64,000 bases of DNA, from positions 1 through 64,000 of IMG/VR virus record IMGVR_UViG_3300011335_000809. One strand, 5' to 3'. The notes under the pieces were generated by a model, which was not told the DNA's origin, did no database searches, and saw only the letters and a program-made list of their open reading frames with translations. Origin of the DNA: a virus. A program made the translations under genes and the position numbers. Below, piece after piece: positions 59,088-64,000 of the stretch (the stretch's first letter is position 1; the number at the start of each line of letters is the position of its first letter).

Positions 59088-59164
59088 TGGCGCACCCGGA
59101 GGGACTCTAACCCCCAACCTTTCCGGTAGAAACGGATGGCTCTATACAATTGAGCTACGAGTGC
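59088..59164 (-). tRNA. tRNA-Arg(UCU)
   Basis: Loop UUUCUAC, CCA. Confidence 0.9.
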
Positions 59165-59241
59165 GTTAAAATGGTTAGTAACTGTTCTCACCAGTGATCA
59201 CTGAGTAAAAGGAATTGAACCCAACAATTACTAACAAAAAA

Positions 59242-59319
59242 TGGTTGTCCCGATTGGATTTGAACCAACGACCTTTGTGTTATCAACACACTGCTCTAAA
59301 CCAACTGAGCTACGGGACA
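59242..59319 (-). tRNA. tRNA-Ile(GAU)
   Basis: Loop UUGAUAA, CCA. Confidence 0.93.
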
Positions 59320-59375
59320 ATTGAAAAATAATAATTTTGGCGATATTAAACATTCTCGTTCATATTTATAATTGT

Positions 59376-60221
59376 ATGAAGAATATAACACCCACAGATA
59401 AAATTGTCAACTTAAAAAGTAGAGATCCAATTGAACTTGAATGTTACGAATGTAAATCAACTTATCAACACGCAAAACATCGTTATTTATGTTATAAACT
59501 TAAAGGAAAATTATCAGGATGTTTTTGCACACAAAAGTGTGCTATGACATACAAAAGTAAATTAAAAAATATAAATACTAACTGTGAATATTGTAAAAAA
59601 GATATTACTAAAAGTTTGAATCAATATAAAAAATCTAAATTGCATTTTTGCTCAACTTCTTGTTCCGCAACACATTGGAATAAAATTCACCATCCTATTA
59701 GGATAACAAAATCAAAAAGAACGGTAAAACTACCTATATTATTAACTTGTACAAATTGTTTAAATCAACATTATAGAAAATATTATAAATCAAGTAAAAG
59801 TGGTACCAATTTTTGTACTAGATCTTGTCAATCAATTTATGCAAATAAGACTTGGAATAAGTCTTCTAGGTTTGGAATAAATAAAAGTCGTTGTGAAACT
59901 ATATTAAAAAATATTATTTTAAATGAATTTCCAAATTTACAAATTATTGAAAATGATAGAACTACAATTAAAGGCGGATTAGAAATAGATTTACACATAC
60001 CAAGCAAAAATGTTGCAATTGAATTAAATGGTCCCTGTCATTATATTCCTATATTTGGTACAAAAGAACTAGAAAAAACACAAAATAAAGATTTATTAAA
60101 AATTGAATATTGTCAAAATAATAACATTAAACTTTTCGTAGTTAATGTGATGGGATTAAAAAATCAAATACAAACATTAACTGATGTATTTAATACTACA
60201 CTAAAATCACATTTAGTGTGA
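59376..60221 (+). CDS. Free-standing homing-endonuclease-like protein (zinc-finger repeats + Vsr/DUF559-like nuclease)
   Basis: CxxC...FC(T/S)xxC repeats; SRCE...LEIDLHIPSKNVAIELNGPCHY...D..K; antisense to tRNA array. Confidence 0.75.
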   Translation: MKNITPTDKIVNLKSRDPIELECYECKSTYQHAKHRYLCYKLKGKLSGCFCTQKCAMTYKSKLKNINTNCEYCKKDITKSLNQYKKSKLHFCSTSCSATHWNKIHHPIRITKSKRTVKLPILLTCTNCLNQHYRKYYKSSKSGTNFCTRSCQSIYANKTWNKSSRFGINKSRCETILKNIILNEFPNLQIIENDRTTIKGGLEIDLHIPSKNVAIELNGPCHYIPIFGTKELEKTQNKDLLKIEYCQNNNIKLFVVNVMGLKNQIQTLTDVFNTTLKSHLV

Positions 60222-60224
60222 AAG

Positions 60225-60296
60225 CCCTCCATACGAGACTCGCACTCGTTACTACATCGTGACAGGATGTTATGATAACTCATTCAACAATGGAAG
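60225..60296 (-). tRNA. tRNA-Asp(GUC), CCA not encoded
   Basis: Stem ACAUC/GAUGU, loop CUGUCAC, G73. Confidence 0.85.
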
Positions 60297-60460
60297 AAAA
60301 ATAAATTGGTGCTGTGCTCTCCACGCCGTCTCTGTGTTTTACCGAATGTACCGGTCGGCAGTCACTTATGGGGTCAGTTACCCATTACTAAATTGGCAGT
60401 TAGTTTAATGTGTCTTTACAGAAAAGATTTAACTACTAACTGTTCAGTGTTAGCTGAAGA

Positions 60461-60538
60461 TGGTGGATGCGGTGGGATTTGAACCCACAACCTTTCGGGT
60501 AAGAGCCGAATACTCTGATCCAGTTGAGTTACACATCC
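60461..60538 (-). tRNA. tRNA-Lys(CUU)
   Basis: Loop CUCUUAC, CCA. Confidence 0.93.
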
Positions 60539-60577
60539 ATAAAAAATTGTATCTAATATTGTCAACGAACTATAATC

Positions 60578-60605
60578 ATCTTACCACACTTTATTCTTCC
60601 GTCAA
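60578..60605 (-). promoter_or_regulatory. Internal sigma70-type promoter in tRNA array 2
   Basis: TTGACG-16-TAAGAT with TG extension. Confidence 0.65.
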
Positions 60606-60765
60606 CAACTTTCTTAAAAAATATTCTGAACAAATCAACTTTATTTGAGTGGTAGCTGCACCCACTCTCCGTATTCCCAAATTAACCGTCTGGCCACATT
60701 CAAGGGCTTTCACTTGGATAGTTGATACCGGAGTATAGTGTTGTCTTCACCTAGTTCAGAAAAAA

Positions 60766-60883
60766 TGGTGGGCTACGACTGGACTTTCACCAGTAAACGA
60801 TACAACCTTTCACTCAGGAACATACCCTCCTTCGGTTATATCAGCGGAGTCATCGCCGTGTCTTATATTTCCACCACACGCCC
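60766..60883 (-). ncRNA. 118-nt tRNA-like RNA with branched insert in anticodon arm
   Basis: GGGC/GCCC-A-CCA acceptor, D-arm, GCGAU/AUCGU stem enclosing two hairpins, T-arm ACUGG/CCAGU. Confidence 0.7.
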
Positions 60884-60892
60884 ATAAAAAAA

Positions 60893-61150
60893 TCTTAATG
60901 TCGCTCACGTACTGCGACTCTCACGGCCTCATAATGCGATGTGCGGGTGGCCGTTGTGCATTCAAACAAATCTACCTCGCCTACTTTTTACGATATTGAA
61001 CTGATTTAGCGACTGTTGTACCTGTTCGGCCCTTCCACCGACTCACGTTTTTTATGGTTGCCCATCGCATTGTTATACAACAGTTTTATTTTCAGCGTTT
61101 ACGTATATCCTTAGTTATCTTGATATGTTTCGTATATACACCAATTAAGA
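60893..61150 (-). ncRNA. ~260-nt structured ncRNA candidate with long-range pseudoknot
   Basis: Closing helix plus several 6-9 bp helices; GC-richer than flanks; between tRNA genes. Confidence 0.6.
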
Positions 61151-61154
61151 AAAA

Positions 61155-61230
61155 TGGTCCCAGTTGTTGGTTCCGCCCCAACCTCTATTCGTCTTCAGCG
61201 AATCGCTTTCACTAGGTTAGCTTAACTGGG
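61155..61230 (-). tRNA. tRNA-Phe(GAA)
   Basis: Stem AUUCG/CGAAU, loop CUGAAGA, CCA. Confidence 0.88.
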
Positions 61231-61243
61231 ATTATAAATTAAA

Positions 61244-61323
61244 TTGACAAGTCAAAGGAATCGAACCTTTTCGGCACAGCATCACTGCACCTTTACCACG
61301 CCCTGCGCACTAGCACCTGTCAA
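61244..61323 (-). ncRNA. Aberrant tRNA-like RNA or pseudo-tRNA
   Basis: UGACAGGU/ACUUGUCA stem, perfect T-arm AAAGG-UUCGAUU-CCUUU, non-canonical middle, no CCA. Confidence 0.5.
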
Positions 61324-61329
61324 AATCAC

Positions 61330-61477
61330 GATGTATGGTTGGATTCGAACCAACGGCTACTTTTACAACCATTAACATATAATTAATGGAATTTTTATTT
61401 ATTACAACCTAACATAAGATTTTTACGGGCTTACCCCATAGTTAGGTACTCTGCTCTGCCAACTGAGCTACATACAA
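61330..61477 (-). ncRNA. ~148-nt tRNA-like RNA with two-hairpin insert
   Basis: Canonical UAGCUCAGUUGGCAGAGC D-arm and GUUGG-UUCGAAU-CCAAC T-arm; UGUAUG/CAUACA acceptor. Confidence 0.7.
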
Positions 61478-61486
61478 TGTTTAAAA

Positions 61487-61572
61487 TGGTGGGGTATGTA
61501 GGTAATGCGCCTACCGAGCCTTTCAGCGCCAGATTTACAGTCTGGACCATCTCTTTAATGGTATAATACCCC
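61487..61572 (-). tRNA. tRNA-Tyr(GUA)
   Basis: Loop CUGUAAA, long variable arm, CCA. Confidence 0.9.
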
Positions 61573-61703
61573 GAAAAATTTAACGTCATATGTTTGTTTC
61601 ACCATATGACGGTGACTGAGGTTCTTCTTTCACCGTTACGTTCTAGTTATCCTCACCTATGCACAGGTAGAACGGCATTAGTCACTTCAGAAGACTTATA
61701 AAA

Positions 61704-61779
61704 TGGCTCCAAGAGAGGGCAACGATCCCCCAACCTTTCGGGTAACAACCGAATGCTCTACCAATTGAGCTATCTTGGA
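61704..61779 (-). tRNA. tRNA-Asn(GUU)
   Basis: Loop UUGUUAC, G73, CCA. Confidence 0.93.
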
Positions 61780-61801
61780 ATTAAAAATTAAAAATGTTTA
61801 C

Positions 61802-61970
61802 TGGATTTCAACGAACGTTCCATCTACTAATCATAACCTCGTCAGATTATAACATTCAATGTCTATCAGTGTCAATACATTACTTACTACTTCAACTATT
61901 GATTCAGATTCGAACTGAATTACTCCCGCTTATTCGTGCGGTTGTTTTACCAATTAAACTACGTTCGTTG
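61802..61970 (-). ncRNA. tRNA-like RNA with ~80-nt insert between T-arm and 3' acceptor strand
   Basis: CAACGAACG/CGUUCGUUG 9-bp helix, canonical D and T arms, 8-nt anticodon-like loop. Confidence 0.7.
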
Positions 61971-61995
61971 CCTTCACCTAATGTATTTGAAAAAA

Positions 61996-62070
61996 TGGCA
62001 AAGTGGGTGGGTAACGCTCCCACATAAAGCAGTTTTGGAGACTGCTGCATTTCTTGTCTGCCACCACCTT
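61996..62070 (-). tRNA. tRNA-Trp(CCA)
   Basis: Loop CUCCAAA, G73, CCA. Confidence 0.9.
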
Positions 62071-62129
62071 GTTAAAATGGTATCTCCACCGTTAATATTT
62101 CAGTGGCCGTACCTGTTACTCTCTGTAAA

Positions 62130-63200
62130 TTACGAAATTAATGTTGTTGATTCAGATTTTTTCTTTGCTTCTCTAACAGAGACATAATTGATGGTATTTT
62201 CAATTGAAATACCCACTTGTTCCGAAAGACGCAATCCACGATAATATTTTGTAGGAATTCCAACATACTCACTCATAGCTATTTCTTTACGTGTATCCTT
62301 GATAAATTTCATATTTTGAATTGGATACAAATTGTTATATCCAATTGAAGTTAGAATTCCATTACCAAATAAGTTCATATGATAATCCGTAATTACATTG
62401 TAATATTTAACTTCTTCCATCACTACACTCTTTTTTATCAAGATTATTTCTTCACCTTTTACATTAAATGTAATAGTGCCAATCGGTGTATCACTTGTCA
62501 TCGGATAAGTAAATTTACCAGCCTGTTTATTAAAAATACGATGTTGTACAATTGTCTTTAAATAAGAACCATCACTAAATTCCAATAGATTGTATTTGGT
62601 TGTTACTTCTGGCTGCTTTATATACAAAGGTTTTGCCGTATCAAACTTCGCTTCGTCAAAATTCCACACAATAATATCGTCGATATAATCAATGTCTTCA
62701 ATTGCTTTGGTTGTACCATCTGACAATGATACCAAAGTGCCTTCTGCTAAACACACAGAAACATATATCGATATATCTGTACCATATGCTGTTCCATTAA
62801 CATTTGTTGCAAATGCTCTAATATAGACTAGACCATTTGTTGGGCTTATGTTCTGATTGCTACACGAAAATGATCCAATTGAAGCCGTAGGATCCACATA
62901 AGCGGAATCTGTTGGAAGTGTTGGGTTTGGAGAATTGCTTGCTACGAATCCTCTAGATAATATCGGTGAATTTCCATCAGATACTACTGTTCCTACGGCG
63001 CTAAAGTCGTAAAAAGCGCCGCCACTAGCACTATCTGTGGTCACGACTGGCAGTAGCGCCTGTAACGCCGATTCTTCTTGTTGTGCACCACCTGCAATTT
63101 GTTCTTCATATCCTCGCATCATTTTGGAATAATTTTGCATTATTTCGTGTAAGGGTAACTTTTCTTTGTTCTGTTGATAATAAGTCTGCCAATGTATCAT
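62130..63200 (-). CDS. Fn3/Ig-like domain + Hint (intein-like) domain protein
   Basis: YIRAFATNVNGTAYG; CLAEGTLVSLSDG..KAIEDI (block A), TIVQHRI (block B), YYNV...LFGNGILTS (F/G without HN). Confidence 0.8.
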   Translation of the reverse strand: MIHWQTYYQQNKEKLPLHEIMQNYSKMMRGYEEQIAGGAQQEESALQALLPVVTTDSASGGAFYDFSAVGTVVSDGNSPILSRGFVASNSPNPTLPTDSAYVDPTASIGSFSCSNQNISPTNGLVYIRAFATNVNGTAYGTDISIYVSVCLAEGTLVSLSDGTTKAIEDIDYIDDIIVWNFDEAKFDTAKPLYIKQPEVTTKYNLLEFSDGSYLKTIVQHRIFNKQAGKFTYPMTSDTPIGTITFNVKGEEIILIKKSVVMEEVKYYNVITDYHMNLFGNGILTSIGYNNLYPIQNMKFIKDTRKEIAMSEYVGIPTKYYRGLRLSEQVGISIENTINYVSVREAKKKSESTTLIS

Positions 63201-63230
63201 ACATATATATATCCACCAACAATACTAAAA

Positions 63231-63305
63231 TGGTAGCCTATGCCGGTGCTGCCCCGGCTACTCTTGGATGAAAGCCAAGTGACTTAGCTGGTTGTCGAAT
63301 AGGCC
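63231..63305 (-). tRNA. tRNA-Glu(UUC)
   Basis: Loop CUUUCAU, CCA. Confidence 0.9.
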
Positions 63306-63312
63306 ATTAAAT

Positions 63313-63390
63313 TGGTGCTTCAGTGAGGATTCGAACCCCAAACTCAATGTCCGTAGCATTGCGTGATATATCCATTTTCACCACTGAAGC
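63313..63390 (-). tRNA. tRNA-Arg(ACG)
   Basis: Loop CUACGGA, CCA. Confidence 0.93.
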
Positions 63391-63396
63391 ATAAAT

Positions 63397-63472
63397 TGGG
63401 GTGATATACGAGTGCTGCCCTCGTTCCGTGAGTTTCACAAACTCAAATGCTAACTGTTACACCAATATCACC
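63397..63472 (-). tRNA. tRNA-His(GUG)
   Basis: G-1:C73, loop UUGUGAA, CCA. Confidence 0.92.
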
Positions 63473-63484
63473 ATTACTATAAAT

Positions 63485-63560
63485 TGGAGCCGAAGACAGG
63501 ACTTGAACCTGCAACCTGAACTTTACAAAAGTCCTGCTCTGCCAATTGAGCTACTTCGGC
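63485..63560 (-). tRNA. tRNA-Thr(UGU)
   Basis: Loop UUUGUAA, CCA. Confidence 0.95.
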
Positions 63561-63610
63561 GGTCTAAATTTTCTTTGCTTATTTACTTATAACAATAACC
63601 TCAGTTATGT

Positions 63611-63742
63611 TATTATCGCCCTATAGGTTCTGTATTTCAGCATAACACCTACGGACCAATCAATTGATTTTCCCAGTTCTCACCTTATCATCGGTCTTTC
63701 CGACTCACTGGCGGAGGCTCAACAGATGGAGTTTCAAGCCCT
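63611..63742 (-). ncRNA. Conserved two-hairpin leader element of tRNA array 2
   Basis: Second copy of the 53576-53672 motif. Confidence 0.7.
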
Positions 63743-63758
63743 TCCTTTATCTTCTATC

Positions 63759-63876
63759 AGTCTATCATAACTTTCGTCATTGTCAACCGACTTTTAAAAT
63801 TTCTTTTTCATCATCCAATGAACTACTACCTTCGTTCACTGTTTAACTACTTTACCACACCTTCAAAGAACGTCAA
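63759..63876 (-). promoter_or_regulatory. Tandem sigma70-type promoters of tRNA array 2
   Basis: TTGACG-16-TAAAGT (63876-63849) and TTGACA-16-TAGACT (63786-63759), both with TG extension. Confidence 0.75.
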
Positions 63877-63886
63877 CCACAAAAAT

Positions 63887-63917
63887 AAAAAAACCGTCAC
63901 TTTTTAGTGTGACGGTT
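63887..63917 (-). terminator. Attenuator terminator 2
   Basis: AACCGUCAC/GUGACGGUU + U-tract; 5' arm alternatively pairs with 63953-63967. Confidence 0.8.
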
Positions 63918-63948
63918 GATATTGTTTTGAAGTTACCTAAGTTTGAGT

Positions 63949-63999
63949 CTATACAATATCACCGCCAACACATTCACAATTCGTAAATGTATCCCAACG
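63949..63999 (-). CDS. 3' part of putative leader peptide ...RWDTFTNCECVGGDIV* (start outside window)
   Basis: Hand translation; last codons form the antiterminator 5' arm; frame inferred. Confidence 0.55.
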   Translation of the reverse strand, partial: RWDTFTNCECVGGDIV

Positions 64000-64000
64000 T

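Noticed and set aside
60307-60390. Resemblance to twister ribozyme (ACUGCC...CCGGU...AAAA...GUGGAG)
   Set aside because: Conserved L4 nucleotides and both pseudoknot pairings are missing
58886-61477. Group I/II introns as explanation for oversized tRNAs
   Set aside because: Inserts of about 40-120 nt are too short and lack recognisable catalytic cores; removal does not clearly restore a canonical anticodon loop
51303-63846. Short ORFs overlapping tRNAs (51303, 53029, 53152, 53293, 57401, 60460, 61794, 61936, 63401)
   Set aside because: They are read through tRNA/ncRNA or antisense sequence
1-64000. Stop-codon recoding or suppressor tRNA
   Set aside because: Long ORFs are intact in code 11, TAA/TAG/TGA all terminate genes, and no CUA/UCA/UUA anticodon was found
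63974-64000. Alternative leader frame TLGYIYEL*
   Set aside because: Less consistent with array-2 tRNA content than the RWDTFTNCEC frame, but cannot be excluded without upstream sequence

Overview
Very AT-rich 64-kb segment of a large contractile-tailed (myovirus, jumbo-type) bacteriophage genome, standard genetic code, mostly minus-strand. Circumstantial evidence (a DUF4032-like protein, an outer-membrane beta-barrel) points to a Gram-negative, possibly Verrucomicrobial, host. Positions 1-43 kb hold a giant tail sheath, a glycosylation cassette (GT4/Aah-TibC-like heptosyltransferase fusion, GT4, FkbM methyltransferase), fused SbcD-SbcC, primase, RuvC-like resolvase, baseplate/spike/tail-fibre genes, a sigma-like protein, Hsp20 and PhoH. 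Positions 44-64 kb hold putative head-packaged proteins, a tmRNA, 23 tRNAs (19 amino acids, no Met) in two arrays with non-overlapping amino-acid sets, two zinc-finger PD-(D/E)xK endonucleases, a trypsin-like protease, a Hint-domain protein and many structured non-coding RNAs. Best candidate for a new system: each tRNA array is preceded by a classical ribosome-dependent attenuator (short leader ORF plus antiterminator/terminator) whose leader codons match the tRNAs of that array. The arrays also contain tRNA-like RNAs with large structured inserts and co-varying non-canonical D/T elbows. All calls were made by eye; no database searches were run.
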